Source: Escherichia coli (lineage in GTDB: Bacteria; Pseudomonadota; Gammaproteobacteria; Enterobacterales; Enterobacteriaceae). From it: 64,000 bases of DNA. Within the stretch, counting starts at the first letter, position 1. Every line of letters starts with the position of its first letter. Shown here piece by piece: positions 42,290-55,696 of this stretch. The position numbers were made by a program, and so were the translations under genes. The stretch lies in the NCBI RefSeq assembly GCF_024298765.1, contig NZ_CP101210.1. The stretch is one strand, 5' to 3'. Under the pieces are notes generated by a model. It did no database searches and was not told the DNA's origin. It saw only the letters and a program-made list of their open reading frames with translations.

Positions 42290-44872
42290 ATGCAAGAGCA
42301 ATACCGCCCGGAAGAGATAGAATCCAAAGTACAGCTTCATTGGGATGAGAAGCGCACATTTGAAGTAACCGAAGACGAGAGCAAAGAGAAGTATTACTGC
42401 CTGTCTATGCTTCCCTATCCTTCTGGTCGACTACACATGGGCCACGTACGTAACTACACCATCGGTGACGTGATCGCCCGCTACCAGCGTATGCTGGGCA
42501 AAAACGTCCTGCAGCCGATCGGCTGGGACGCGTTTGGTCTGCCTGCGGAAGGCGCGGCGGTGAAAAACAACACCGCACCGGCACCGTGGACGTACGACAA
42601 CATCGCGTACATGAAAAACCAGCTCAAAATGCTGGGCTTTGGTTATGACTGGAGCCGCGAGCTGGCAACCTGTACGCCGGAATACTACCGTTGGGAACAG
42701 AAATTCTTCACCGAGCTGTATAAAAAAGGCCTGGTATATAAGAAGACTTCTGCAGTCAACTGGTGCCCGAACGACCAGACCGTACTGGCGAACGAACAAG
42801 TTATCGACGGCTGCTGCTGGCGCTGCGATACCAAAGTTGAGCGTAAAGAGATCCCGCAATGGTTTATCAAAATCACCGCTTACGCTGACGAGCTGCTCAA
42901 CGATCTGGATAAACTGGATCACTGGCCAGACACCGTTAAAACCATGCAGCGTAACTGGATCGGTCGTTCCGAAGGCGTGGAAATCACCTTCAACGTTAAC
43001 GACTATGACAACACGCTGACCGTTTACACTACCCGCCCGGACACCTTTATGGGTTGTACCTACCTGGCGGTGGCTGCGGGTCATCCGCTGGCACAGAAAG
43101 CGGCGGAAAATAATCCTGAACTGGCCGCCTTTATTGACGAATGCCGTAACACCAAAGTTGCCGAAGCTGAAATGGCGACGATGGAGAAAAAAGGCGTCGA
43201 TACTGGCTTTAAAGCGGTTCACCCATTAACGGGCGAAGAAATTCCCGTTTGGGCAGCAAACTTCGTATTGATGGAATACGGCACGGGCGCAGTTATGGCG
43301 GTTCCGGGTCACGACCAGCGCGACTACGAGTTTGCCTCTAAATACGGCCTGAACATCAAACCGGTTATCCTGGCAGCTGACGGCTCTGAGCCAGATCTTT
43401 CTCAGCAAGCCCTGACTGAAAAAGGCGTGCTGTTCAACTCTGGCGAGTTCAACGGTCTTGACCATGAAGCGGCCTTCAACGCCATCGCCGATAAACTGAC
43501 TGCGATGGGCGTTGGCGAGCGTAAAGTGAACTACCGCCTGCGCGACTGGGGTGTTTCTCGTCAGCGTTACTGGGGCGCGCCGATTCCGATGGTGACGCTG
43601 GAAGACGGTACCGTAATGCCGACCCCGGACGACCAGCTGCCGGTGATCCTGCCGGAAGATGTGGTGATGGACGGCATTACCAGCCCGATTAAAGCAGATC
43701 CGGAGTGGGCAAAAACTACCGTTAACGGTATGCCAGCGCTGCGTGAAACCGACACTTTCGACACCTTTATGGAGTCCTCCTGGTACTATGCGCGCTACAC
43801 TTGCCCGGAGTACAAAGAAGGTATGCTGGATTCCAAAGCGGCTAACTACTGGCTGCCGGTGGATATCTACATTGGTGGTATCGAACACGCCATTATGCAC
43901 CTGCTCTACTTCCGCTTCTTCCACAAACTGATGCGTGATGCAGGCATGGTGAACTCTGACGAACCAGCAAAACAGTTGCTGTGTCAGGGTATGGTGCTGG
44001 CAGATGCCTTCTACTATGTTGGCGAAAACGGCGAACGTAACTGGGTTTCCCCGGTTGATGCTATCGTTGAACGTGACGAGAAAGGCCGTATCGTGAAAGC
44101 GAAAGATGCGGCAGGCCATGAACTGGTTTATACCGGCATGAGCAAAATGTCCAAGTCGAAGAACAACGGTATCGACCCGCAGGTGATGGTTGAACGTTAC
44201 GGCGCGGACACCGTTCGTCTGTTTATGATGTTTGCTTCTCCGGCTGATATGACTCTCGAATGGCAGGAATCCGGCGTGGAAGGGGCTAACCGCTTCCTGA
44301 AACGTGTCTGGAAACTGGTTTACGAGCACACAGCGAAAGGTGATGTTGCGGCACTGAACGTTGATGCGCTGACTGAAGATCAGAAAGCGCTGCGTCGCGA
44401 TGTGCATAAAACGATCGCTAAAGTGACCGATGATATCGGCCGTCGTCAGACCTTCAACACCGCAATTGCGGCGATTATGGAGCTGATGAACAAACTGGCG
44501 AAAGCACCGACCGATGGCGAGCAGGACCGCGCCCTGATGCAGGAAGCACTGCTGGCCGTTGTCCGTATGCTTAACCCGTTCACCCCGCACATCTGCTTCA
44601 CGCTGTGGCAGGAACTGAAAGGCGAAGGCGATATCGACAACGCGCCGTGGCCGGTTGCTGACGAAAAAGCGATGGTGGAAGACTCCACGCTGGTCGTGGT
44701 GCAGGTTAACGGTAAAGTCCGTGCAAAAATCACCGTTCCGGTGGACGCAACGGAAGAACAGGTTCGCGAACGTGCTGGCCAGGAACATCTGGTAGCAAAA
44801 TATCTTGATGGCGTTACCGTGCGTAAAGTGATTTACGTACCCGGTAAACTCCTCAATCTGGTCGTTGGCTAA
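42290..44872 (+). CDS. leuS: Leucyl-tRNA synthetase (860 aa)
   Basis: Class I HMGH and KMSKS motifs; start at [11 protein letters not shown], not the extended ORF start. Confidence 0.95.
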   Translation: MQEQYRPEEIESKVQLHWDEKRTFEVTEDESKEKYYCLSMLPYPSGRLHMGHVRNYTIGDVIARYQRMLGKNVLQPIGWDAFGLPAEGAAVKNNTAPAPWTYDNIAYMKNQLKMLGFGYDWSRELATCTPEYYRWEQKFFTELYKKGLVYKKTSAVNWCPNDQTVLANEQVIDGCCWRCDTKVERKEIPQWFIKITAYADELLNDLDKLDHWPDTVKTMQRNWIGRSEGVEITFNVNDYDNTLTVYTTRPDTFMGCTYLAVAAGHPLAQKAAENNPELAAFIDECRNTKVAEAEMATMEKKGVDTGFKAVHPLTGEEIPVWAANFVLMEYGTGAVMAVPGHDQRDYEFASKYGLNIKPVILAADGSEPDLSQQALTEKGVLFNSGEFNGLDHEAAFNAIADKLTAMGVGERKVNYRLRDWGVSRQRYWGAPIPMVTLEDGTVMPTPDDQLPVILPEDVVMDGITSPIKADPEWAKTTVNGMPALRETDTFDTFMESSWYYARYTCPEYKEGMLDSKAANYWLPVDIYIGGIEHAIMHLLYFRFFHKLMRDAGMVNSDEPAKQLLCQGMVLADAFYYVGENGERNWVSPVDAIVERDEKGRIVKAKDAAGHELVYTGMSKMSKSKNNGIDPQVMVERYGADTVRLFMMFASPADMTLEWQESGVEGANRFLKRVWKLVYEHTAKGDVAALNVDALTEDQKALRRDVHKTIAKVTDDIGRRQTFNTAIAAIMELMNKLAKAPTDGEQDRALMQEALLAVVRMLNPFTPHICFTLWQELKGEGDIDNAPWPVADEKAMVEDSTLVVVQVNGKVRAKITVPVDATEEQVRERAGQEHLVAKYLDGVTVRKVIYVPGKLLNLVVG

Positions 44873-44886
44873 GCGCGGGAGGAAGC

Positions 44887-45468
44887 GTGCGATATCTGGC
44901 AACATTGTTGTTATCTCTGGCGGTGTTAATCACCGCCGGGTGTGGCTGGCATCTGCGTGATACCACGCAGGTTCCTTCCACTATGAAGGTCATGATCCTG
45001 GACTCAGGCGATCCGAACGGGCCATTAAGCCGTGCGGTGCGTAACCAGTTACGTCTAAATGGTGTCGAGTTGCTTGATAAAGAAACCACGCGTAAGGACG
45101 TTCCATCCCTGCGTTTGGGTAAAGTGAGCATCGCGAAAGATACCGCATCGGTATTCCGTAACGGTCAAACAGCAGAGTATCAGATGATCATGACGGTCAA
45201 TGCGACCGTGTTGATCCCCGGCCGTGACATCTACCCGATTAGCGCCAAAGTCTTCCGTTCGTTCTTCGATAACCCGCAAATGGCGTTAGCGAAAGATAAC
45301 GAACAAGACATGATCGTAAAAGAGATGTACGACCGTGCTGCCGAACAGCTGATTCGTAAGCTGCCAAGCATCCGTGCTGCGGATATTCGTTCCGACGAAG
45401 AACAGACGTCGACCACAACGGATACTCCGGCAACGCCTGCACGCGTCTCTACCACGCTGGGTAACTGA
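44887..45468 (+). CDS. lptE: LPS assembly lipoprotein LptE (GTG start)
   Basis: 193 aa; lipobox LITAGC. Confidence 0.9.
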
Positions 45469-46499
45469 TGATTCGGTTGTACCCGGAACAACTCCGCGCG
45501 CAGCTCAATGAAGGGCTGCGCGCGGCGTATCTTTTACTTGGTAACGATCCTCTGTTATTGCAGGAAAGCCAGGACGCTATTCGTCAGGTAGCTGCGGTAC
45601 AAGGATTCGAAGAACACCACACTTTTTCCATTGATCCCAACACTGACTGGAATGCGATCTTTTCGTTATGCCAGGCCATGAGTCTGTTTGCCAGTCGACA
45701 AACGCTATTGCTGTTGTTACCAGAAAACGGACCGAATGCGGCGATCAATGAACAACTTCTCACACTCACCGGACTTCTGCATGACGACCTGCTGTTGATC
45801 GTCCGCGGCAATAAATTAAGCAAAGCGCAAGAAAATGCCGCCTGGTTTACTGCTCTTGCGAATCGCAGCGTGCAGGTGACCTGTCAGACACCGGAGCAGG
45901 CTCAGCTTCCCCGCTGGGTTGCTGTGCGCGCAAAACAGCTCAACTTAGAGCTGGATGACGCGGCGAATCAGGTGCTCTGCTACTGTTATGAAGGTAACCT
46001 GCTGGCGCTGGCTCAGGCACTGGAGCGTTTATCGCTACTCTGGCCAGACGGCAAACTGACATTACCTCGCGTTGAACAGGCGGTGAATGATGCCGCGCAT
46101 TTCACCCCTTTTCATTGGGTTGATGCTTTGTTGATGGGAAAAAGTAAGCGCGCGTTGCATATTCTTCAGCAACTGCGTCTGGAAGGCAGCGAACCGGTTA
46201 TTTTGTTGCGCACATTACAACGTGAACTGTTGTTACTGGTTAACCTGAAACGCCAGTCTGCCCATATGCCACTGCGTGCGTTGTTTGATAAGCATCGGGT
46301 ATGGCAGAACCGCCGGGGCATGATGGGCGAGGCGTTAAATCGCTTAAGCCAGCCGCAGTTACGTCAGGCCGTGCAACTCCTGGCACGAACGGAACTCACC
46401 CTCAAACAAGATTACGGTCAGTCAGTGTGGGCAGAGCTGGAAGGGTTATCTCTTCTGTTGTGCCATAAACCCCTGGCGGACGTATTTATCGACGGTTGA
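45468..46499 (+). CDS. holA: DNA polymerase III delta subunit
   Basis: 343 aa matching HolA. Confidence 0.9.
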
Positions 46500-46500
46500 T

Positions 46501-47142
46501 ATGAAATCTTTACAGGCTCTGTTTGGTGGCACCTTTGATCCGGTGCACTATGGTCATCTTAAACCCGTGGAAACGCTGGCGAATTTGATTGGTCTGACAC
46601 GGGTCACAATCATCCCTAATAATGTTCCTCCGCATCGTCCCCAGCCGGAAGCGAACAGCGTACAGCGTAAACACATGCTTGAACTGGCGATTGCCGACAA
46701 GCCATTATTTACTCTTGATGAACGCGAGCTAAAGCGCAATGCCCCCTCTTACACTGCGCAAACACTGAAAGAGTGGCGGCAGGAACAAGGGCCGGACGTG
46801 CCGCTGGCGTTTATTATAGGTCAGGATTCATTGCTGACCTTTCCGACCTGGTACGAATACGAAACGATACTCGACAATGCACATTTGATCGTCTGTCGGC
46901 GTCCAGGTTACCCACTTGAAATGGCGCAACCGCAATACCAGCAATGGCTGGAAGATCATTTGACACATAACCCGGAAGATCTTCACCTTCAGCCTGCCGG
47001 TAAAATTTATCTGGCTGAAACGCCGTGGTTTAACATCTCGGCGACCATCATCCGCGAACGTTTGCAAAACGGTGAATCGTGTGAGGATTTATTGCCGGAA
47101 CCGGTACTGACTTACATTAACCAACAAGGCTTGTATCGCTGA
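46501..47142 (+). CDS. nadD: Nicotinate-mononucleotide adenylyltransferase
   Basis: 213 aa; [11 protein letters not shown] nucleotidyltransferase motif. Confidence 0.95.
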
Positions 47143-47165
47143 TACCTGTCGTTACGGAGGGCATG

Positions 47166-47777
47166 ATGCGACTGTGGTTAATTCGTCATGGCGAAACGCA
47201 AGCGAATGTCGATGGTCTGTACAGCGGTCATGCGCCCACTCCCCTGACCGCGCGCGGTATTGAGCAAGCGCAAAATCTGCATACGCTGCTACATGGTGTT
47301 TCCTTTGACCTGGTTTTATGCAGTGAACTGGAACGGGCACAGCATACCGCGCGACGGGTTCTCAGTGATCGCCAGCTCCCCGTGCAAATCATCCCTGAAC
47401 TCAACGAAATGTTTTTTGGCGACTGGGAGATGCGACATCATCGCGACCTCATGCAAGAAGATGCCGAAAACTATAGCGCGTGGTGCAATGACTGGCAGCA
47501 TGCTATCCCCACGAACGGTGAAGGATTTCAGGCATTTTCACAACGTGTGGAACGGTTTATCGCAAGGCTTAGTGAATTTCAGCACTATCAGAATATTTTA
47601 GTCGTCAGCCATCAGGGTGTACTGAGTCTGTTAATCGCTCGTTTAATTGGCATGCCTGCCGAGGCTATGTGGCATTTTCGCGTTGACCAGGGGTGTTGGA
47701 GCGCCATTGATATCAACCAAAAATTCGCGACGCTACGCGTCCTCAATAGCCGTGCCATCGGGGTCGAGAATGCATGA
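47166..47777 (+). CDS. cobC: Histidine-phosphatase-family alpha-ribazole phosphatase (CobC/PhpB)
   Basis: 203 aa; RHGE catalytic motif (LIRHGETQ). Confidence 0.85.
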   Translation: MRLWLIRHGETQANVDGLYSGHAPTPLTARGIEQAQNLHTLLHGVSFDLVLCSELERAQHTARRVLSDRQLPVQIIPELNEMFFGDWEMRHHRDLMQEDAENYSAWCNDWQHAIPTNGEGFQAFSQRVERFIARLSEFQHYQNILVVSHQGVLSLLIARLIGMPAEAMWHFRVDQGCWSAIDINQKFATLRVLNSRAIGVENA

Positions 47778-48018
47778 CTTTTCTGTTTTTTTACGGGTAA
47801 GCCGCAACGACCATTGACAGCCCCGGGCAGGCTGATATTCTCCGCAGCCAGACTTTTTTCGCCAGACACGACTTTGTAGAAATTGTTTTACAAAAATGGC
47901 GATGCAATCTGCGGCGCGGGGTGGGATGATAGCCCACTTTCGAAAGCCGATTCGGCGACAATTGTCCCGAAATCGCCTCTGGTTCAGGTATACTGACAGA
48001 CCATTTTTATCTATTTGA

Positions 48019-48354
<336 letters not shown>

Positions 48355-48357
48355 TGC

Positions 48358-48825
48358 GTGAAGCTGCAACTTGTCGCCGTGGGAACGAAAATGCCGGACT
48401 GGGTACAAACCGGTTTTACCGAGTACCTGCGTCGTTTTCCGAAAGATATGCCCTTCGAGCTGATTGAAATTCCGGCCGGAAAACGCGGCAAGAATGCGGA
48501 CATCAAGCGCATACTCGACAAAGAGGGTGAGCAGATGTTGGCGGCCGCAGGCAAAAACCGCATTGTCACCCTCGATATTCCAGGCAAGCCCTGGGATACG
48601 CCGCAGTTAGCCGCTGAGCTGGAACGCTGGAAGCTGGATGGTCGCGACGTCAGTCTACTGATTGGCGGGCCTGAAGGGTTGTCGCCTGCCTGTAAAGCGG
48701 CGGCGGAGCAGAGCTGGTCGCTGTCGGCGCTTACCCTCCCCCATCCGCTGGTTCGCGTGCTGGTCGCAGAGAGTCTGTACCGGGCGTGGAGCATCACCAC
48801 CAACCATCCTTATCACCGTGAGTGA
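48358..48825 (+). CDS. rlmH: 23S rRNA m3-pseudouridine1915 methyltransferase RlmH (GTG start)
   Basis: 155-aa SPOUT-family protein. Confidence 0.9.
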
Positions 48826-48855
48826 TAAGGGAGCTTTGAGTAGAAAACGCAGCGG

Positions 48856-50757
48856 ATGAAACTACAGAACTCTTTTCGCGACTATACGGCAGAGTCCGCG
48901 CTGTTTGTGCGCCGGGCGCTGGTCGCCTTTTTGGGGATTTTGCTGCTGACCGGCGTGCTTATCGCCAACCTGTATAATCTGCAAATTGTTCGCTTTACCG
49001 ATTACCAGACCCGCTCTAATGAAAACCGCATTAAGCTGGTGCCTATCGCGCCCAGCCGCGGCATTATCTACGACCGTAACGGTATCCCTCTGGCCCTCAA
49101 CCGCACTATCTACCAGATAGAAATGATGCCGGAGAAAGTCGATAACGTGCAGCAAACGCTGGACGCTTTGCGCAGCGTGGTTGATCTGACCGATGACGAT
49201 ATTGCTGCATTCCGAAAAGAGCGCGCACGTTCACACCGTTTCACCTCCATTCCGGTGAAAACTAACCTGACCGAAGTACAAGTAGCTCGCTTTGCCGTCA
49301 ATCAGTACCGTTTTCCGGGTGTTGAAGTTAAAGGCTATAAACGTCGTTACTATCCTTACGGTTCAGCGTTGACCCACGTCATCGGCTATGTGTCGAAAAT
49401 CAACGATAAAGACGTCGAACGCCTGAATAATGACGGCAAACTGGCCAACTATGCGGCAACGCATGATATCGGTAAGCTGGGCATTGAGCGTTACTATGAA
49501 GACGTGCTGCACGGTCAGACCGGTTATGAAGAGGTTGAAGTTAACAACCGTGGGCGTGTTATCCGCCAGTTAAAAGAAGTGCCACCGCAAGCCGGACACG
49601 ATATTTACCTGACGCTGGATCTCAAACTCCAGCAATATATCGAAACGCTGCTGGCGGGTAGCCGCGCAGCTGTGGTAGTCACCGATCCGCGTACAGGTGG
49701 GGTGCTGGCGCTGGTTTCCACGCCTAGTTATGACCCAAACCTGTTTGTTGACGGTATCTCCAGCAAAGATTATTCCGCCTTGCTGAACGACCCGAATACA
49801 CCGCTGGTGAACCGCGCCACACAGGGGGTTTATCCTCCCGCGTCTACAGTTAAACCCTATGTGGCGGTTTCGGCATTGAGCGCCGGAGTGATCACGCGCA
49901 ATACGACGCTGTTTGACCCTGGCTGGTGGCAACTGCCAGGGTCGGAAAAACGTTATCGTGACTGGAAAAAATGGGGCCACGGGCGTCTGAATGTCACAAG
50001 ATCGCTGGAAGAATCTGCGGATACCTTCTTCTATCAGGTGGCCTACGATATGGGAATCGATCGCCTCTCCGAATGGATGGGTAAATTCGGTTATGGTCAT
50101 TACACCGGTATCGACCTGGCGGAAGAACGTTCCGGCAACATGCCTACCCGCGAATGGAAACAGAAACGCTTTAAAAAACCGTGGTATCAGGGTGACACCA
50201 TTCCGGTTGGTATCGGTCAGGGTTACTGGACAGCGACCCCAATCCAGATGAGTAAGGCACTGATGATCCTGATTAATGACGGTATCGTGAAGGTTCCGCA
50301 TTTGCTGATGAGCACCGCCGAAGACGGCAAACAGGTGCCATGGGTACAACCGCATGAACCGCCCGTCGGCGATATTCATTCCGGTTACTGGGAGCTGGCA
50401 AAAGACGGTATGTACGGTGTTGCTAACCGCCCTAACGGTACTGCGCATAAATACTTTGCCAGCGCACCGTACAAAATTGCGGCGAAATCTGGTACAGCTC
50501 AGGTCTTCGGTCTGAAAGCGAACGAAACCTATAATGCGCACAAAATTGCCGAGCGTTTACGTGACCACAAACTGATGACCGCCTTTGCGCCATACAACAA
50601 TCCGCAAGTCGCTGTCGCCATGATTCTGGAGAACGGCGGTGCGGGTCCGGCGGTTGGTACGCTGATGCGCCAGATCCTCGACCACATTATGCTGGGTGAT
50701 AACAACACCGATCTGCCTGCGGAAAATCCAGCGGTTGCCGCAGCGGAGGACCATTAA
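48856..50757 (+). CDS. mrdA: Penicillin-binding protein 2 (elongasome transpeptidase)
   Basis: 633 aa; SxxK (STVK), SxN and KSGT motifs. Confidence 0.95.
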   Translation: MKLQNSFRDYTAESALFVRRALVAFLGILLLTGVLIANLYNLQIVRFTDYQTRSNENRIKLVPIAPSRGIIYDRNGIPLALNRTIYQIEMMPEKVDNVQQTLDALRSVVDLTDDDIAAFRKERARSHRFTSIPVKTNLTEVQVARFAVNQYRFPGVEVKGYKRRYYPYGSALTHVIGYVSKINDKDVERLNNDGKLANYAATHDIGKLGIERYYEDVLHGQTGYEEVEVNNRGRVIRQLKEVPPQAGHDIYLTLDLKLQQYIETLLAGSRAAVVVTDPRTGGVLALVSTPSYDPNLFVDGISSKDYSALLNDPNTPLVNRATQGVYPPASTVKPYVAVSALSAGVITRNTTLFDPGWWQLPGSEKRYRDWKKWGHGRLNVTRSLEESADTFFYQVAYDMGIDRLSEWMGKFGYGHYTGIDLAEERSGNMPTREWKQKRFKKPWYQGDTIPVGIGQGYWTATPIQMSKALMILINDGIVKVPHLLMSTAEDGKQVPWVQPHEPPVGDIHSGYWELAKDGMYGVANRPNGTAHKYFASAPYKIAAKSGTAQVFGLKANETYNAHKIAERLRDHKLMTAFAPYNNPQVAVAMILENGGAGPAVGTLMRQILDHIMLGDNNTDLPAENPAVAAAEDH

Positions 50758-50759
50758 TC

Positions 50760-51872
50760 ATGACGGATAATCCGAATAAAAAAACATTCTGGGATAAAGT
50801 CCATCTCGATCCCACAATGCTGCTGATCTTACTGGCATTGCTGGTTTACAGCGCCCTGGTTATCTGGAGCGCCAGCGGTCAGGATATTGGCATGATGGAG
50901 CGTAAAATAGGCCAAATCGCGATGGGCCTGGTCATCATGGTGGTGATGGCGCAAATTCCTCCACGCGTTTATGAAGGCTGGGCCCCCTATCTCTATATCA
51001 TCTGTATTATTTTGCTGGTGGCGGTAGATGCTTTTGGTGCCATCTCTAAAGGCGCTCAACGCTGGCTGGACCTCGGTATTGTTCGTTTTCAGCCGTCGGA
51101 AATTGCCAAAATAGCCGTACCACTGATGGTTGCGCGCTTTATCAACCGCGACGTTTGCCCGCCATCGTTGAAGAACACTGGCATCGCGCTGGTGCTGATA
51201 TTTATGCCCACGCTGCTGGTGGCTGCACAGCCTGACCTGGGAACATCAATCCTCGTTGCGCTTTCCGGCCTGTTTGTACTGTTCCTCTCTGGCCTTAGCT
51301 GGCGTCTGATTGGCGTCGCAGTAGTGCTGGTAGCGGCGTTCATTCCGATTCTGTGGTTCTTCCTGATGCATGATTACCAGCGCCAGCGCGTAATGATGCT
51401 CCTGGACCCGGAATCAGACCCACTCGGCGCAGGCTATCACATTATTCAGTCTAAAATTGCTATTGGCTCCGGCGGATTACGCGGCAAAGGCTGGCTGCAC
51501 GGCACTCAGTCACAGCTTGAATTTCTCCCCGAACGCCATACCGACTTTATCTTCGCGGTACTGGCGGAAGAGCTGGGATTAGTGGGCATTTTGATTCTGC
51601 TCGCTCTCTACATTCTGCTGATCATGCGCGGGCTGTGGATAGCCGCCAGAGCGCAAACCACCTTTGGTCGCGTCATGGCTGGCGGCTTAATGCTGATATT
51701 ATTCGTTTATGTCTTCGTAAATATTGGTATGGTAAGCGGTATTCTGCCGGTTGTAGGGGTTCCGCTCCCACTGGTCAGTTATGGAGGATCGGCGCTAATT
51801 GTGCTGATGGCTGGGTTCGGGATTGTAATGTCAATCCACACCCACAGGAAAATGTTGTCGAAAAGCGTGTAA
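50760..51872 (+). CDS. mrdB: SEDS-family peptidoglycan polymerase RodA
   Basis: 370-aa polytopic protein. Confidence 0.95.
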   Translation: MTDNPNKKTFWDKVHLDPTMLLILLALLVYSALVIWSASGQDIGMMERKIGQIAMGLVIMVVMAQIPPRVYEGWAPYLYIICIILLVAVDAFGAISKGAQRWLDLGIVRFQPSEIAKIAVPLMVARFINRDVCPPSLKNTGIALVLIFMPTLLVAAQPDLGTSILVALSGLFVLFLSGLSWRLIGVAVVLVAAFIPILWFFLMHDYQRQRVMMLLDPESDPLGAGYHIIQSKIAIGSGGLRGKGWLHGTQSQLEFLPERHTDFIFAVLAEELGLVGILILLALYILLIMRGLWIAARAQTTFGRVMAGGLMLILFVYVFVNIGMVSGILPVVGVPLPLVSYGGSALIVLMAGFGIVMSIHTHRKMLSKSV

Positions 51873-51882
51873 GAGGTGCGCA

Positions 51883-52971
51883 ATGCGTAAGCAGTGGCTC
51901 GGGATCTGCATCGCGGCAGGAATGCTCGCGGCATGTACAAGCGATGATGGTCAGCAACAGACGGTAAGTGTACCGCAGCCTGCGGTATGTAACGGCCCCA
52001 TAGTTGAAATTAGCGGGGCGGACCCGCGTTTCGAACCACTGAATGCGACGGCAAATCAGGATTACCAGCGCGACGGTAAAAGCTACAAAATCGTGCAGGA
52101 TCCGTCTCGATTTAGCCAGGCGGGACTGGCGGCAATCTATGATGCCGAACCCGGCAGTAACCTGACGGCCTCTGGCGAAGCTTTCGATCCGACACAGTTG
52201 ACGGCGGCCCATCCAACGCTTCCGATCCCCAGCTACGCCAGAATCACTAACCTGGCTAACGGGCGAATGATCGTGGTGCGCATTAATGATCGCGGTCCTT
52301 ACGGCAACGACCGCGTTATTTCGCTTTCTCGCGCGGCAGCTGACCGTCTTAACACGTCAAACAACACCAAAGTTCGTATCGATCCGATTATTGTCGCCCA
52401 GGATGGTTCGCTTTCTGGTCCTGGTATGGCTTGTACCACAGTTGCCAAACAGACTTACGCCCTGCCTGCACCTCCCGATTTAAGCGGTGGCGCGGGAACA
52501 AGTTCAGTGTCTGGCCCGCAGGGTGACATTCTTCCGGTCAGTAATTCGACGCTAAAAAGCGAAGATCCGACCGGCGCGCCGGTAACCAGCAGCGGTTTCC
52601 TCGGCGCACCAACGACCTTAGCGCCTGGTGTACTGGAAGGCAGCGAACCGACGCCTGCGCCACAGCCCGTTGTTACAGCTCCGTCGACAACGCCTGCAAC
52701 CTCACCTGCAATGGTGACACCGCAAGCCGCCTCGCAAAGCGCCAGCGGCAACTTTATGGTGCAAGTCGGGGCCGTTAGCGATCAGGCTCGTGCGCAACAG
52801 TACCAACAGCAACTGGGACAGAAGTTCGGCGTCCCCGGTCGCGTAACTCAAAATGGCGCGGTCTGGCGGATCCAGCTTGGCCCATTCGCCAGCAAAGCCG
52901 AAGCCAGTACCTTGCAGCAACGTTTGCAAACCGAAGCCCAATTACAGTCATTTATTACCACCGCGCAGTAG
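51883..52971 (+). CDS. rlpA: Septal ring lytic transglycosylase RlpA (lipoprotein, SPOR domain)
   Basis: 362 aa; lipobox LAAC; Pro/Thr-rich linker; C-terminal SPOR domain. Confidence 0.9.
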   Translation: MRKQWLGICIAAGMLAACTSDDGQQQTVSVPQPAVCNGPIVEISGADPRFEPLNATANQDYQRDGKSYKIVQDPSRFSQAGLAAIYDAEPGSNLTASGEAFDPTQLTAAHPTLPIPSYARITNLANGRMIVVRINDRGPYGNDRVISLSRAAADRLNTSNNTKVRIDPIIVAQDGSLSGPGMACTTVAKQTYALPAPPDLSGGAGTSSVSGPQGDILPVSNSTLKSEDPTGAPVTSSGFLGAPTTLAPGVLEGSEPTPAPQPVVTAPSTTPATSPAMVTPQAASQSASGNFMVQVGAVSDQARAQQYQQQLGQKFGVPGRVTQNGAVWRIQLGPFASKAEASTLQQRLQTEAQLQSFITTAQ

Positions 52972-53110
52972 CGTAAAGCAGGCATCTGATGTGTCAATTT
53001 CTGTAAATGACGTTAACAAAGTCACGCGGAAAGTCAGATGCCTGCCGGTAGTGCATTTGCTATAGTAGGGCACTTTTTTTAATTCCATCACGGATGTCGT
53101 AGTTCAGACC

Positions 53111-54322
53111 ATGAATACCATTTTTTCCGCTCGTATCATGAAGCGCCTGGCGCTCACCACGGCTCTTTGCACAGCCTTTATCTCTGCTGCACATGCCGAT
53201 GACCTGAATATCAAAACTATGATCCCGGGTGTACCGCAGATCGATGCGGAGTCCTACATCCTGATTGACTATAACTCCGGCAAAGTGCTCGCCGAACAGA
53301 ACGCAGATGTCCGCCGCGATCCTGCCAGCCTGACCAAAATGATGACCAGTTACGTTATCGGCCAGGCAATGAAAGCCGGTAAATTTAAAGAAACTGATTT
53401 AGTCACCATCGGTAACGACGCATGGGCCACCGGTAACCCGGTATTTAAAGGTTCTTCGCTGATGTTCCTCAAACCGGGCATGCAGGTTCCGGTTTCTCAG
53501 CTGATCCGCGGTATTAACCTGCAATCGGGTAACGATGCTTGTGTCGCCATGGCCGATTTTGCCGCTGGTAGCCAGGACGCTTTTGTTGGCTTGATGAACA
53601 GCTACGTTAACGCACTGGGCCTGAAAAATACCCACTTCCAGACGGTACATGGTCTGGATGCTGATGGTCAGTACAGCTCCGCGCGAGATATGGCGCTGAT
53701 CGGCCAGGCGTTGATCCGTGACGTACCGAATGAATACTCGATCTATAAAGAAAAAGAATTTACGTTTAACGGTATTCGCCAGCTGAACCGTAACGGTCTG
53801 TTATGGGATAACAGCCTGAATGTCGACGGCATCAAAACCGGACACACTGACAAAGCAGGTTACAACCTTGTTGCTTCTGCGACTGAAGGCCAGATGCGCT
53901 TGATCTCTGCGGTGATGGGCGGACGTACTTTTAAAGGCCGTGAAGCCGAAAGTAAAAAACTGCTAACCTGGGGCTTCCGTTTCTTCGAAACCGTTAACCC
54001 ACTGAAAGTAGGTAAAGAGTTCGCCTCTGAACCGGTTTGGTTTGGTGATTCTGATCGCGCTTCGTTAGGGGTTGATAAAGACGTGTACCTGACCATTCCG
54101 CGTGGTCGCATGAAAGATCTGAAAGCCAGCTATGTGCTGAACAGCAGTGAATTGCATGCGCCGCTGCAAAAGAATCAGGTCGTCGGAACTATCAACTTCC
54201 AGCTTGATGGCAAAACGATCGAACAACGCCCGCTGGTTGTGCTGCAAGAAATACCGGAAGGTAACTTCTTCGGCAAAATCATTGATTACATTAAATTAAT
54301 GTTCCATCACTGGTTTGGTTAA
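53111..54322 (+). CDS. dacA: D-alanyl-D-alanine carboxypeptidase PBP5
   Basis: 403 aa; SxxK (SLTK), SGN and KTG motifs. Confidence 0.95.
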
Positions 54323-54431
54323 AAATTGAACACTTGAAAGTGTGATTTCCGTCCCCATATACTAAGCATCAGTAAAAAACTCCCGCCTTCTGGCGGGAGT
54401 TGCTATTTAATTACGTTACGCCGGAGCTGAC

Positions 54432-54695
54432 ATGAAAACCAAACTTAACGAACTGCTTGAATTCCCTACTCCTTTTACTTACAAAGTTATGGGGCAGGCG
54501 TTACCTGAGCTGGTTGATCAGGTGGTTGAAGTGGTACAGCGCCATGCGCCAGGTGACTACACCCCAACGGTAAAACCAAGCAGCAAAGGCAACTACCACT
54601 CGGTATCTATCACTATCAACGCTACTCATATCGAGCAGGTTGAAACACTGTATGAAGAACTGGGCAAAATCGATATTGTCCGCATGGTTCTGTAA
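54432..54695 (+). CDS. ybeD: UPF0250 protein YbeD
   Basis: 87 aa matching YbeD. Confidence 0.9.
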
Positions 54696-54795
54696 CTCGC
54701 TTCTCCGTTACCCGGCTCCTGGTCGGGTAACTCCCCTCTCCTCGCTGTGATATACTTTTCCCCCACTTTTACTCATTCTCCACGGAGATGCCGTT

Positions 54796-55437
54796 TTGTA
54801 TCAGGATAAAATTCTTGTCCGCCAGCTCGGTCTTCAGCCTTACGAGCCAATATCCCAGGCTATGCATGAATTCACCGATACCCGCGATGATAGTACCCTT
54901 GATGAAATCTGGCTGGTCGAGCACTATCCGGTATTCACCCAAGGGCAGGCAGGAAAAGCGGAGCACATTTTAATGCCGGGTGATATTCCGGTGATCCAGA
55001 GCGATCGCGGTGGGCAGGTGACTTATCACGGGCCGGGGCAACAGGTGATGTATGTGTTGCTTAACCTGAAACGCCGTAAACTCGGTGTGCGTGAACTGGT
55101 GACCTTGCTTGAGCAAACAGTGGTGAATACCCTGTCTGAACTGGGTATAGAAGCGCATCCTCGGGCTGACGCGCCTGGTGTCTATGTCGGGGAAAAGAAA
55201 ATTTGCTCACTGGGTTTACGTATTCGACGCGGTTGTTCATTCCACGGTCTGGCATTAAACGTCAATATGGATCTTTCACCATTTTTACGTATTAATCCTT
55301 GTGGGTATGCAGGAATGGAAATGGCTAAAATATCACAATGGAAACCCGAAGCGACGACTAATAATATTGCACCACGTTTACTGGAAAATATTTTAGCGCT
55401 ACTAAACAATCCTGACTTCGAATATATTACCGCTTAA
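54796..55437 (+). CDS. lipB: Octanoyltransferase LipB
   Basis: 213 aa matching LipB. Confidence 0.9.
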   Translation: MYQDKILVRQLGLQPYEPISQAMHEFTDTRDDSTLDEIWLVEHYPVFTQGQAGKAEHILMPGDIPVIQSDRGGQVTYHGPGQQVMYVLLNLKRRKLGVRELVTLLEQTVVNTLSELGIEAHPRADAPGVYVGEKKICSLGLRIRRGCSFHGLALNVNMDLSPFLRINPCGYAGMEMAKISQWKPEATTNNIAPRLLENILALLNNPDFEYITA

Positions 55438-55696
55438 TTCCATACATCAATGGCCCAATTTACACTGGGTCATTACTCATAACACCTGCTAATGCTTTAC
55501 ATCTCCTTCGCGTTTGTATATTTTCTTTATCACTTGCAGAAATGCGATGCTACGCCTTGCTCCGTAGCCCACCTAATTGATTAACCCATTGAAATAATTG
55601 ACCATGGTGAGCAAAATCGTTCCGTCCCAATTAGACATAAGATTATTGTAATTTTTTTAAATATTATTTTTCCATGAATAAAATTGGAGTAAGTGC

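Noticed and set aside
43226-44905. 559-aa minus-strand ORF antisense to leuS, and similar long antisense ORFs (9521..10363 in pgm, 14073..14762 in chiP, 16560..17402 in glnS, 18643..19569 in nagE, 49570..50541 in mrdA)
   Set aside because: Each lies entirely inside a well-supported conserved gene on the opposite strand; long stop-free antisense frames are common in GC-rich coding DNA and there is no independent support
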